64,000 nucleotides of DNA from the human T2T-CHM13v2.0 reference genome, Homo sapiens: assembly GCF_009914755.1 (NCBI RefSeq), contig NC_060935.1; one strand, given 5' to 3'. The notes beneath the pieces are model-generated. The model did not search any database. It was given only the letters and a program-made list of their open reading frames with translations, and was not told where the DNA came from. A program made the position numbers and the translations under genes. Of the stretch, positions 30,086 through 44,724 are shown piece by piece (position 1 is the first letter of the stretch; every line of letters begins with the position of its first letter).

Positions 30086-31369
30086 ATCATCATTACTACA
30101 GTCAGGAGATCACACAGCACAAAGCCCAGCCTCCTTGGGCAGAAGGTAGCCCTACTCTACAGCACGAGGCCAGACCAAGAATAGGTTAGAAGACGGAAAA
30201 GGCTCTGTGCCCCTAAGGCAGGACCGACTTCCATGTGGTTGGTCAGGTTCCCTAAGGACCTACTTTCAAGCACAGGTACACTGGTACTCTACCTGCTCCA
30301 CGTATAGCTAGCCAGGAAGGAAGCAGAGCCTCCCAGGGAGGCTGCCAGTAGTCTAGCTGCAAGATTAGCATCTGCTCTTTGCTCTAAGAACACCCATGGA
30401 GCTGTTGGGGTCCACAAAGGAAGGCCTTTAAAACCTCTTCTGTAGGACAGCAATCTGGCTTAGGCTATCGGTTTTTTAAAGAAAGGGTTTAATGCACCCT
30501 CTCCCCTTAGTAAGGCAGAGGGAAAATAAGCAAATGCTAAAAATAAATGACTGCTGTGAGAGGGAATTGAATGGTCTTCAGCCAAGGATGGCAGCACTTT
30601 AAAATTAACAAAGCCCGGGTACCACATCCAGGAAGGCCTTGGCAAATGCGTGTTATCCACTCATTAGCTCAGTTCCTCGGGGACCCTGGCCAAGCAGGGA
30701 AGGCAGTGCCGGGAACCAGTCCTTCCGACACTGATGAAATGCACTCGGGGAGAAAAGGCAGAAGGAGGGAGGGAGACTCTTGTGGGGAATTTCAAACAGT
30801 TCTGATGTGCTTCATGCTCTGCCTTGCAGTTCTCACCTTCTCCGAGGCAAAGGCTTGCAAAAGCCACCACCAAGCCCAAGCAGGATGAAATCAAAATCTC
30901 CCCACACCAGCCTCCCTTTTCAGGATCTTTGGTTCCTGAAGCACCACAACGGCCTCACTATATAGGTGGTGTCCCTGCATGAGAGTCCAGAGATAAGGAA
31001 CCCAAGAATAGTGTGGGAGAGGCAAGCTCCCAGTCTGTAACCTCAACTTTCTCCTTGCTGGAATGAAGAATCATATACTTTATGAATTTATACAAGTCCA
31101 CTGTACACTACTCATAAAGTGAATTTATCACTATTCATCAGTAATTATACTTCATTACATCACTGATAGTATGAATTGACAAATCTTCATTCCCTACTAA
31201 AAATCAGAATGCATATCACTCTAATGTGAGATATCATCAACAATAAGAATTCAAAACATTCCAGGTGACCATTAACAATATGAATTAATTTTGATACTAC
31301 TAATACAAATTCTCAGTATGCCACTGGTCACAATTAATAATGAAAATTAGAGAGGGATGACAGCTTTTT

Positions 31370-32240
31370 AAAAAGTTTTTAAAGTCAGTTTACTGAAGTA
31401 TCACATTTACACAGAGTAAAATTCATCCTTTTTAAGATATATAATTTAATGAATTTTGATAATTATATACATTCATGTAACCAGCATGATAATCAGGATA
31501 CAGAATATTTCTCCATCATCCCAAAAAGTTCCTTTATATTCTCTTCCCATTCCCAAACACTGGCAACCACCAATCTGATTTCTGCCCCTAAAGTTCTGTC
31601 TTCTCCAGAATGTCATATACATGGAATTACAGAGCAGGTAGCTTTTTGTGTTGGTTTTAGCTTAGCATGGTGCTTTTGTTGTTGTCATTGTTTGTTTGGC
31701 TGTTTTTACCGTATGGATATACCACAATTTGTTGGTCCATTCACCAGTTGATGGACATTGCATTATATCCAGTTTTTGGTGGTCATGAATAAAGCTGCTA
31801 TAAATATTTACATACAGGTATTTTTGCAGACGTACATTTTTATTTCTCTTAGACAAATACCTAGGAGTTGCTATTGCTCTGTGGTATGGTAAATGTATAC
31901 TTTACCTTTATAAGAAACTGCCAAAGTGTTTTCCAATGTGGCTATACCATTATGCATTCCTATCAGTGATGTATCAATATTGTTCTGTATCCTTGTCAGC
32001 CCTTAGTATTGTCAGTTTTCCTAAATTTTAGCTACTGTAGCAGGTATGTAGTGGTATCTCATTGTGACTTGAATTTGCACTGAGTATGTTTTCATGTGCT
32101 TATTTGCCACCCATCTCTTTTTCGATGAAGCATCTGCTAAAATCTTTTGCCCATTTAAAAAAATTAGATTTTTTTTATTATTGATTTGTAAGACTTCTTT
32201 ATATGTTCTGGGTACTACTGCTTTATAAGATACATGTTTT
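31370..32240 (-). mobile_element. L1MB/MC 3' fragment
   Basis: ccattcaccagttgatggacatt, gaaactgccaaagtgttttcca; ORF 31662..31856(-) is L1-like. Confidence 0.85.
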
Positions 32241-32599
32241 TACAGCTCCTTTTTTATGAATTAGAAATTATAAGAATCTAAGTCTTACAATTTTTCTTCT
32301 AAACCACTATCCTCTGCACATATACTCTAATTAAGGGACTAGGAACAACTTAAACTTCTAATTTACAAACATCTTAGTGCTGCTGGAACAGAGGGCCAAG
32401 AAGTACTTAAACCGTGCTAAAACTCATGAGACTATTTTTATCTCCATTGCAAGCACCTAACAATACCAGAGCTTTAAGGAAAGCTACATCTGGAGAAATG
32501 ACTGTCCTATGAACAGCTTTTGGCCCCCCAGGCTCTGCACCTCCCAAAGCCCTGTTCTGGTCCACCAGACTTCTGGAATGGTCAACAGTCGTCACACTC

Positions 32600-33070
32600 C
32601 ATTGCTGGCCATTGTTCACTGGGAAAGGTAGGAGGCTCCCAATCCATCCCTCAGTGGAAGAGCAAATAGTGGGGCCTGTGGCTGCTTGGACATCAAAGTT
32701 GAGCAAACAGGCCTGGCAGGCCCTGCCTCTCCGCCTACACATCCTGCAAATGCCATCTGAAGGAGCTTCCCCAAGGGGGTCATGACTTTCAGCCTGTCAT
32801 AGAACACATCAAAGTTTGCACCACACACGAACTGGGTGCATGGGTTCGAATCAAGTCGCCCGAGAGCGGATACTCAGCCATTGTGTCCAGTTTTAATCCT
32901 GTGTTTTCCCAAGTAATTAAGCCTTCTTGCTTATGAACTTGTGACTAAGTAAAGCATCACCGAGAGGTTGTAACATCAAAGTGCCTTCCACCGTCTGTCC
33001 GTGTTTGGTAAAATTGGATTTCTTTTCCTTCTTAAAGAAAAACTAATTGAATTTAGCTGAAGGCTGTGTA
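32600..33070. promoter_or_regulatory. Candidate Wnt/TCF-responsive enhancer
   Basis: ACATCAAAGT x3 (32690, 32806, 32973) plus SOX, EBF-like and homeodomain motifs in non-repeat sequence. Confidence 0.55.
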
Positions 33071-35630
33071 TATTTGCACAAGCCGGTGAAGGCTACGCTA
33101 AGTCACAGTGATCATTCTGGGACCCTGTGGCTTAGCCTTTAGCTGGACTGGGTCAGAGTGCAATATAGAATGAGACACCCAGACTCAGGCTAAACAAGTG
33201 CCTTGTGGCATGAGGCTTATAGAGGGCTAACTGTGGAGAAGGGGCCAGACCCCAATGACTGTTCCTTGAGTCAATACTATACCCAAGCTGTTACTAGGGC
33301 TGGCAAAAGGATTGTCCTAGTAGAATGTTGGTAAAGCTTTGGCAGCACGGCTACTGAAGACAATGGCCATCACATTACTCAAGTCCTGGATGTCGGCAGT
33401 CCAAGTAAGCTTCTTAAGGCAAAAGCTGTGACTGCTTATTCTCTGAATCCCTGATAGCCTAGCACATTAGCACCTGACACCACAGAGTTTTTAAATATGT
33501 TTGCTGAATATACATAATGATAATATATATTTTATATATATAAAACCATAAATATATATAATACATAAAGATATAACTCTCTGTATCCCTTTTTTGCCCT
33601 ATCAGGAAACTTCAATCTAAATTAATACTCAATTTCCCTAATTACTTAATTTACAGTAAATACAGCATGGTCCCATTCATGTTAAATTTGTACATAAACA
33701 TATATATAACAATCAATTTCCAGATAAAGGGAATTCAGGTGACTACTATTTTATGTATGATTTTTACAAAAACAATAAATCTATTTTCAGAAAAGAGAAT
33801 CTCTGGTTCAATCTTTATACAATTATCTTTCCTTTAACCAATATGATTTCTGATCTTGATCCAGTTTTCCCTCTCCTGTGTATATTTATATTTGTATTTT
33901 AAGTCACTTCAAACTCTTTTTGGAAATAAAAGGAGAAAATAAATTATAAATTAAATTATTGTGCATATTTTTAAAGTGTAGTTCTATAGCACTGTTATTT
34001 CCTATTCAAAACCAAATAAAATGTACATACAGACCTAGAAATTCATAAGACATTAAGCTCCTTAAGGACAGAGACTATTGTATTCTATATCCCTAAAGAC
34101 TTAACATATTATTAAGCAGCATCAGGGTGAAATGATTGGGCTACTCCGAGGATCTCTCTCTTGAGCTTGTGGCTGCCTACATCCTAAAGGAGGTGAAGGA
34201 GGTGAAGGTTCTCTGCTTTCAGCCTTGAATCAAGGGTGCTCCCCCTCTATCTTCCCTTCATCGAAATCTAATTCAAAGGTGGTAGCATTTCAGGCCTGAC
34301 CAATATGATTCTGGAAGGATTTGGAGATTGATTATATGAAAATCAGTATATTTCTAATAAGGAAAAACTTATTGGCAGATTGTGCTGGTATGGATATGCT
34401 AATCCTCCAAGACTACTCACAGGGCACCTTAACAATGAGGCCTACTCACCCTGACCAATGTACTCCTGGTACTCCCTTTTTAACAAGTTCTACTTTTCCT
34501 TTTTCCCACGGCACTTATCTTCTAATATATTAAATAGTTTACGCATCCATTATACTCATTGTTTATTGTCTATCCACATCTTTCTCTACCAAAGGACCAC
34601 AACTAATACAGAAATAAGCTCTATGTGGGCAGGGATCTTTGTTTTTCATCAACATTATTTCAAGTACATAGAACAGTACCTGGCAAACAGTAGGGGCCAA
34701 AAAAAAATTCTGCGATATGAATACATAAATCCAACCCAAGAGTGTGCTATTTTCAGTAAAAATCTGTCCTCCCTGGATAGTGGAAGAGAAGGTCACAAAA
34801 TGGATAATTAGTCCTAGGAACCAAAGCAAGTAAATATAAGCCAACACTCTCACTTTGCTCAACAAGCATCACTGATTTGCTAACAGCTCTGGATAAAGAC
34901 AGAGCAATCAGTTAAGCCAACAACTCATTAGATTCAAAGAGATGTGTCCCCAAAAGCATATCTACTAGCCATCTGATCACTAATTGACAGTATTTTTAAG
35001 CATCGTGTTGTTTCCTATTCAGTCTCAACCTTGAAAATACTACACACAGAAGGGAACACACCTCTCCACCTCTCCTTCTTTAGCACCACTGGCTATTTCT
35101 TGCAGAGGGAAACAGCTACAAGCTGGGGGAAAAGACTGGTGCATGTGGTGAAGTACCAGCGGTGTAGAATAACACATGTGTTTGTGTACAGAGATCTAAT
35201 GGGGGCATCAGGGACTAACAACCCACCTTTATAACCTGTAGCACATACATTACCTTATTTGATTCTCCAAAGAATATGGTGAGGATCTACTATGCTGCCA
35301 CATTGAGTCCCCTCACACCCTTTGCTTCGAGGGTATCCCATACATACTGCTCTGAAATCACTGATCATACTATACTATGTCTCCTTACCTGCATTTGTTT
35401 TCCCCATTAGACTGCAAACTCCCCAAGGTCTCGGATTCTGCAAACACTAGCACAGGGCCTGGCTCAAGGCAGATATTTACCTAATGTTCATAGAAATAAT
35501 TAATTTCTGATGAAGAAACAGGCTGTCCATGGAGTTCTGAAATTCAGTTAAGGCTTGGAACCAGGACTGGACTCTAGGTCTCTCAACTACGAAGCCTATT
35601 TATATCAATTTTGCTTTTAAAGAATAGGTG

Positions 35631-35955
35631 CGCCAGACATGGTGGCTCACGCCTGTAATCCCAGCACTTTGGGAGGCCAAGGCGGGTGGATCACAAGGTC
35701 AGGAGATCGATACCATTCTGGCCAACATGGTGAAACCCCATCTCTACTAAAAATACAAAAAAAATTAGCTGGGTGTGGTGGTGTGCGCCTGTAGTCCCAG
35801 CTACTCGGGAGGCTGAGGCAGTGGAATTGCTTGAACCTGGGAGGTGGAGGGTTGCAGTGATCCAAGATCGCGCCACTGCACTCCAGCCTGGCAACAGAGT
35901 GAGACTCCGTCTCAAAAAAATAAATAAATAAATAGTAAAAGAAAAAAGAAAAAAG
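35631..35955 (+). mobile_element. AluSc/Sg-like
   Basis: Alu consensus; TSD aagaataggtgc. Confidence 0.92.
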
Positions 35956-36448
35956 AATAGGTGCTTGGAGCTAAAGAGAGCAAATCAGGAAACCGAGTGA
36001 CTAAGAACAAGTCCACAACAAAGGAGCAGAGAAGAGAGACCTATCTCATGTACAGCTAAGTCTCTCAGTCAGTCTGAGGCAGTACCACCTCTAGATTATA
36101 AAATCCCAGTTACATTTGTTCTTTCACATTTATAATCCTTTCACAGGTGGCCAGTACACCTTAAACACCTACTTGCAGAAAGAACTGAAATTGGTACCTC
36201 CAACTATCAATTTCAATGGCTGTTACTAAAGTGCCCACTCTGCTTTCTTTGAAAGTATCCCTTTTTGCTCTTAATTCTTTCGCACAATCATAGCTAGAGC
36301 AAATGTGTACTTCATCCCAGCACTTCCAGAATTATACAGACTCCAAGGCAGAAATCAGAACAGACTGAAATGGAAAGGCAGCATCAGCACTAGGCTGGTA
36401 TCTGGCATCGGGAGGTAGCAGTGAGATAAAGTAAAAAACACAGATCAT

Positions 36449-36755
36449 GGCTGGGCACAGTGGCTCACGCCTGTCATCCCAACACTTTGGTAGGCTGAGG
36501 GTGCAGGAGCACTTGGAGGCCAGGAGTTCAAGACCAACCTGGATAGCACAGTGAGACACCTATCTTTAAAAAAAAAAAAAAAATTAGCCCAGTGTGATGG
36601 TGCATACCTGTAGTCCTAGCTACTCAGGAGGGTGAGGTGGGTGGATCGCTTGAACCCAGGAGGCTGGGGCTGCAGCGAGCCATAGATCGTACCACTGCAC
36701 TCCAGCCTGGGTGACCAAGCAAGACTGTATCTCAAAAAAACCCCAAAACCCAAAA
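36449..36755 (+). mobile_element. AluJ
   Basis: Diverged Alu; TSD aaaaacacaga. Confidence 0.9.
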
Positions 36756-37437
36756 ACACAGACCTTTCAGGCAGCCAGACCAGGTTCTAAATCCTGTCCA
36801 TGTGACATAAATAAATCACTTTATCTCTTTGGGTTTCAGTTTTCTGAGCTACAAAATGAGCATAATATATATTTTGTGGAGTGATTGTGAGAATTAGATA
36901 ACTCACTACACAAAGTAAACTATTTCAATCTTTATACAATAGCTACAACCCTGATAGGATGGGGGAGGGGGCAGGAAAATAGCACAGCCTCCAATGGGAG
37001 GGAAAGAAGCCCCCATCTTTCTTAGTTTCCATCAGAACTTCCAAAGAAAAAGCCCCTGGAGGAGCACTCACTGGGGACAGTAACTGCAGACTTCTCAAGG
37101 TCAACAGATGGTAGGTAACAGAACATTACAATAATTTGCACCTATAAACACAACCAATTACAACAGGCTTCCAAACATTTGGTTGCTACAACAATGCAAA
37201 TGACGTGCCTAAGGTCACAAAGCCAATGACTGAGGGAGCTGGGATTCAAGGCTACATCTTTCTGGTCCACAGCTACTATACAGTCCAATGCACCAGGTGA
37301 AGTCCAGTACCTCAGTCTGAATCTATCTTCCTGCCTCTGGAAAAGACAGCAGGGAGGCACACCAGGTGGGAGAGTGCTCAGGAGCACAGTCTGCAGAGAT
37401 CTGCCTAAAGGAGCCCTGTGTGGAAGGTGGTCTCTCA

Positions 37438-37671
<234 letters not shown>

Positions 37672-39820
37672 TCAACAAACAGAGCCTGAATGAGTCAGGA
37701 AATAGAGGCCTTTGAGGACTACATTCCCAATTTCAGCTCCTCTGGCCATTCTGTCCCATCAAGACTTTCCCTACCTCTCTCCTTCCCTTAAATCAGTCTG
37801 TCCCCCTTATTATCTTCCAAACCCTTTGAGAAAAGAATGGTCCCTCCCTAACTTAATACTCTGACACTGTCACTCCCTTGGTCCAGAATGCTCTCTCCCG
37901 GCTCCTTTGCCTATTTGAATTCTCCTCTCATGCTATTTAATACAATCCTTGTGGCTCGTGGACTCCTGAGAAGGAAGCCTTCCTTAACTCATCCAGTCCA
38001 CAGCAATTCCTTCCTTAATTTCCCAATGCTAGGAACAGAATGCCTAATGACATGTCTTATCTAGGTAGTTCTCAGTTCACAAAATGATCATATTCCTCAA
38101 GTTTATCTGTACTGTGGTTGTTTGGAAATTGAAAATCCTTCAACTCAAGGAAAGATGGAAACAATAGATTAGGTTCCTAGGAGAGTCCACACAGACCCTA
38201 CCAGAATCTATATGCCAGTGCCTAACACATTGTAGAAGCTCAATAATTATTAAATAAATTAACAAACACAGAATTTAAAGTATCCCACTAAAAGTCTGAA
38301 TTTTTGCTCCCAGGACAAAAGGACCAACAATGTAGGGGTGGGTAAATAGAATGAACTCTTACTGAGCACCTTCTACAAGCAGGAACTACCCCAAGTACTT
38401 TACATTCATGATTCCATGTACTCTCAACACCACCTAAGGACCTAAGAGTAATCGCCTCTTTTCAGGGATAAGGTAACAGGCTCACTGAGGTGAAATGACT
38501 TCCTTAAGGTCACGCAGCTAGTTAAGGGGCAGTGCAGTGACTGGTTGGCAGTGACTCTACAGCCAGGCTCCTTCTCACCTCACCACCCTTCCTCCAGACA
38601 GAACCTGGCTCTAGATAACATGAAAGACAAACACTACACTGATGTCAGTGAATCAGTATGACATGCACTTGGTCCCCTGCTAGATTCTGGATGAGGGTGA
38701 GGAGAAGACATGGCTCAAGACAGCATATCAAAGAACACAGTGCCAAGAAAGGGAGGAGGGGTTTGGGAAGCTAGGAGGCTGTTTTTCAGTGGGTTCTAGC
38801 CAAAGGGCAGAGAGTCAAAGGCTTGGGTTTGAATCCTAGCACCATTCTTGTGCCACGATCTATAGTAAATGTCCCTACAGACCAAGTCAAATAAAATCTG
38901 TGTTGCTGATGTTAGCAGGTAACTAAGGCTTGAGAGGATGATGAGAAACATCATGTACTAAGGCTTCTCTCAAATACTTTCGAAGGCACTGTCAAAGCCC
39001 AAGGGGGAGACAGAACAGAACTGCACATCTCATGAGTGCTATGAATGGGACTATGGGTTGCAGGTGCACTACAAGGAAACTTAACCCAGTCTCAGTGGCC
39101 AAAAAGGCCTCTCTGAGGAGGTGCTGATAAAGGGGAACTGGCCAAACAAAAGCAGGTGAGGGAGGGGAAGGAGTGTTCCAGGTAGACGCAGTCCTCTTCA
39201 CCTGGAGCAGACCCAGGGTATATGAGACCCCCTAAGATGTTTGGTATGACTGGGGTACAACATGTGAGGGAAGAGTATTAAGAGAGGTTAGGAAACATTC
39301 CTTTCTTACCTCTAGTTTGGAGGATTTACTCTGGTGAAGGTCCCTTACTATACATAATGTTACACTTCTTTTATGCAGAAACAATTTTCTATGGCCAAGA
39401 ATGTTAAAGACGCTAAGAACCCTGTCTAATTTACAAAAACCTCTTCTCCTTGTTTAGCAGGCCACGTGATATGGTAGAGAGCGCATGGTTCTGATCCTAA
39501 CTATGATCCTGATGGGATGGCCTCGCTTCTCTGACCCTCAGTCCAAGAGGCTAGAAAATCAGGATAGGCTGAAGAAAATCAGAGGCTTCTGACGGCACAA
39601 ACTTGAATTGTGTCTTGAAGAAGGGGAAGAGTTTAGAGAAGTGGAAGGAAGTGCACGTCAATCAAGGCAAGAAACAGGGTATGACTGCGAAGCAGGAAAG
39701 GAACATTCAGAGATCATTAGGCAGCTCCATCTGGGTGACAGTTCACAGCAGAGAAACAGACAGCTGCTGAGGCATGCACAGCCAACACAAGACCTCGAAT
39801 GTCAGACTAGGAGGCTAAGG

Positions 39821-39985
39821 CAGTGGGCATAAACCTTTCTGAGATATGGGCTCTTTTGTGACTACGATCAAATTTCTTCCAGAAAAGTGCATAGGAGCAT
39901 ACACTCTCAAAAACATTTTTTTTACATATAATGATCAGGTGTTCGCAGCCCCCATGAAATCAGTAATGGACCCTAGGATAAAAGC
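39821..39985. mobile_element. MER103-like hAT relic
   Basis: cttccagaaaagtgcata...ggtgttcgcagcccccatgaa...atggaccctaggataa. Confidence 0.5.
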
Positions 39986-40119
39986 TCAGTCTAAAGGTTT
40001 GACAGATTCCTGGCATGCATGCTACTGTCCTGTGCTCCCACGTCTAAGAGGGATATCACACATCTCTCCCAGCAGTTCTTGCTGTGGAGCCTTTGAAAGA
40101 GCCTCAGAATCCTCTTCAA

Positions 40120-40413
40120 GGCCGGGCACGGTGGCTCACATCTGTAATCCCAGCACTTTAGGAGGCCAAGGCAGGTGGATCACGAGGTCAGGAGATCGAG
40201 ACCATCCTGGCTAACACGGTGAAACCGCATCTCTACTAAAAATACAAAAAATTAGCCGGGCGTGGTGGCAGGCACGTGTAGTCCCAGCTACTCAAGAGAC
40301 TGAGGCAGGAGAATGGTGTGAACCTGGGAGGCGGAGCTTGCAGTGAGCTGAGATCACACCACTGCACGCCAGCCCGGGCGACAGAGTGAGACTCTGTCTC
40401 AAAAAAAAAAAAA
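40120..40413 (+). mobile_element. AluY-like
   Basis: gagatcgagaccatcctggctaacacgg; TSD agaatcctcttcaa. Confidence 0.92.
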
Positions 40414-41359
40414 GAATCCTCTTCAAAATAGGTTCCAATCAGCCACCATCAATCCACTGAAGTTAGCAACAGAGAGAAAACCTAGTTGCCATTCCTTAGC
40501 TTCCCACCAAAGGCAGTGAGGTTGTCCATTCAAGGTTTTGGGACAAAAGAAATTATAAAATTAACCTAATCACTAAGCAGGCTGAATTTGAAGGGCGAAG
40601 AGTACAAAATGGGGATAAGAAGACCAGTTTGGAGGTGTAATACAGACCTTGGGAGAGGAGCTTGGGCAGGAAAATGAGAAAGGAGGGTGCAGCTAGGATA
40701 AACTCAGAGTGACCAAAATCCCTCATGCCTCCAAGGGAACAATGACCCATGTTCCCCTGCCTGGACCCTGAAAATTGTGGAAGCAGCGTTGCTCTAGAGG
40801 TAGGGCTGAAGAAAGAAGATTGAAATGCCTCCTCCTACTGCCCCTGAAGGGCCGAGTGCAGTCTAATAAAAAGAAATGGATGAATAAAGGGCATTGGAGT
40901 AAGTCAGACCCCGATTTGAATTCTGATCTAGCTAGATAACTCTAAGCAAATCAACACTAATTTTCAGTCTTCTGACCTCTGGGATAATAATCTCTAAGTT
41001 GCAAGATCCCAGCCTTGGCATATAGCAGGTATTCAATACAGACCCTACTATCCTATCTCACTTCCATCATTTTGATGGAACAAAGTGTTGCACTCTCAAG
41101 CTGGTAGTGGCAGGTTGGCTAATACCCAGGGATTCTAAGATGTGATCACACAGGATGACCTGGATAATTCAGCAAAGCTGGCTCTAGGCACTTTGTTCAT
41201 TCATTCAGCAAACATGTGCACACACCCACTCTGTGCCCAGCCTCTTGCTGGCTACTGGGGAGGAGACAGAGAGAGAGGTTCTTGCTTTCCAAGACCTGAG
41301 CCAGGCAAGATCTATCTCTTCTTTTCCTTCCCTCCTTCCTTCTTTTATAAATACATATA

Positions 41360-41960
41360 CATGGGTGTGTGTAGGTACGTGTGTGTGTGTATGTGTATAA
41401 AATTCTGCTTACAACTTTTTTCACAGAAAATTCTGTTTTAAGTATACTCATATTGCTAAGTATGCAATAACTCCATTGTTTTTAACTGTTGCATAACTCC
41501 CCACGGTGTGTGTCCACATTTTCTTTCTCTGCTCTCCCAGGCATACCCGCCCAGGGAGCCTCTATCTCCCAGCCACCAAAAACAATGCTCACAGAACATC
41601 CTCTCCTATGTCCCCTTTTGGACCTATGTGAGCATTTCCCTGTGGCATGTACTTGGAGTGAAATCACTGGGTCCTACAGTATGTGCATAGTTGATTTGAC
41701 TAAATAGTGCCAAGGTCCTCTTCTGAATAGCTGCCCCACTGACCCTTCCACAAGCAGGACAGAGGTGTGCCTGTGTATCCCTCTTCCTGTCAACACTTGG
41801 CCATAGCCAGCTTTCTAATCACTGCCAGTCTAATGGGTGGGTGTAAAGGGCTATTATATTATTGTTTTATCTTGCATGTCTCTGATGACTAACAATTTTG
41901 AGCTATTTGTTATACGCATGTTTGCATTTCGGGATTTTCTCTTCTGTATATTGCAGGGTT
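41360..41960 (-). mobile_element. L1ME-like 3' fragment
   Basis: cttggagtgaaatcactgggtc, ctgtcaacacttggc, ttgcatgtctctgatgactaa. Confidence 0.65.
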
Positions 41961-41976
41961 TTCTATTTTAAGAGGA

Positions 41977-42419
<443 letters not shown>

Positions 42420-42858
42420 TCTGCCACCTACTATTCTAACATCCTAAAGGAAGGCACATCATCTGGCTAAGCTTTGTCTCTTCATAGGTCCAATGAGGAT
42501 CACAATCCTCCCAGTGTCATAGGAGTTTTAGGAGGCAGCACCGAAATATAAAGGAAAGGGCTCTACAAACCTGAGGGGCCATTCAGAGGAGGAAATCTTG
42601 GTGTTCTTCAGTGAGACTCCAGCATTCAGCCCTGCCCAGCTTCTTGACTGAGCATCATTCTTTGCAGTCTCTTGGGGCTGAGGTATAATGGAAAAAAAGC
42701 AATGACCCTGGAGTCCAAAGGCTGGAGTTCAGATTCTAGCTCTGTCACTTACTAGCTGTGAAATGGAAGATATTAATCCCTCTTGTGCAAGGTGGTCGTA
42801 AGGATTAAAACAGAATTTCGTAAGGAGTGGTGGCACCTGGTAGATCAAGAAAGAACCG

Positions 42859-43267
<409 letters not shown>

Positions 43268-43776
43268 TTACAAACCAGGTCTCCTGCATTTCACTGTGTT
43301 GCTCTGCAAGTGAATGCACAGTGGGCAGTCATTTCAAAGTCCTGGGCCAGCTAGGCGGCGGGCTGCCCGCTGAGAGAGGCTGAAAGGGCGTTTGAGGCCT
43401 GAGAAAGCCACCCTTGCTCTCCCCTGTGATTTTCACCAATGGGCAAAATGTGGCAAGTGAATTAATCTCTTTTAAAAAGAGCAATGCTTGTGACAGAGTA
43501 CGGTGTCTCTGAAAAGGTTAGGATTCCATCATCCCTGAGATGATGAGTAGAATGCTTAATTCAGGCTGCCACTCAGGGCAGAACAGCCTGTGTCCAGGGG
43601 CTAGAGAGGCAGGGTGGGCATAGTGGGCCTTTCTGGGCTCACTCCAGACTTGTGGAAGGCCCTTCCCTAATGAACTAGGTCTCCTGCTTGGCAGGGCAGC
43701 AGTAGGTGACCCCTATCTGGGGATTGCCCAGGGTGGTAGACACAGAGTAGACCGCATTAGAAGTCCAGAGTTGAAG

Positions 43777-44071
43777 CCACGCATGGTGGCTCACACCTGT
43801 AATCCCAGCACTTTGAGAGGCCGAGGTGAACAGACCACCTAAGGTCAGGAGTTCGAGACCAGCCCAGCCAACAAGGCGAAACCCCATCTCTACTAAAAAT
43901 ACAAAAATTAGCCGGGCGTGGTGTCGGGCACCTGTAATCCCAGCTACTCGGGTGGCTGACGTATGACAATCACTTGAACTCGGGAGACAGAGGTTGCAGA
44001 GAGCTGAGATTATGCTACTGCACTACAGCCTGGGCAACAGAGAGAGGCTCCATGTCAAAAACAAAAAAAAA
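43777..44071 (+). mobile_element. AluS
   Basis: Alu consensus; TSD aagtccagagttgaa. Confidence 0.92.
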
Positions 44072-44107
44072 GTCCAGAGTTGAATCCAAGCTCTTGCACA
44101 ACTCTCA

Positions 44108-44724
<617 letters not shown>

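Noticed and set aside
42571-42650. Possible alternative CLPB exon
   Set aside because: Could not find a convincing acceptor/donor pair with a compatible frame.
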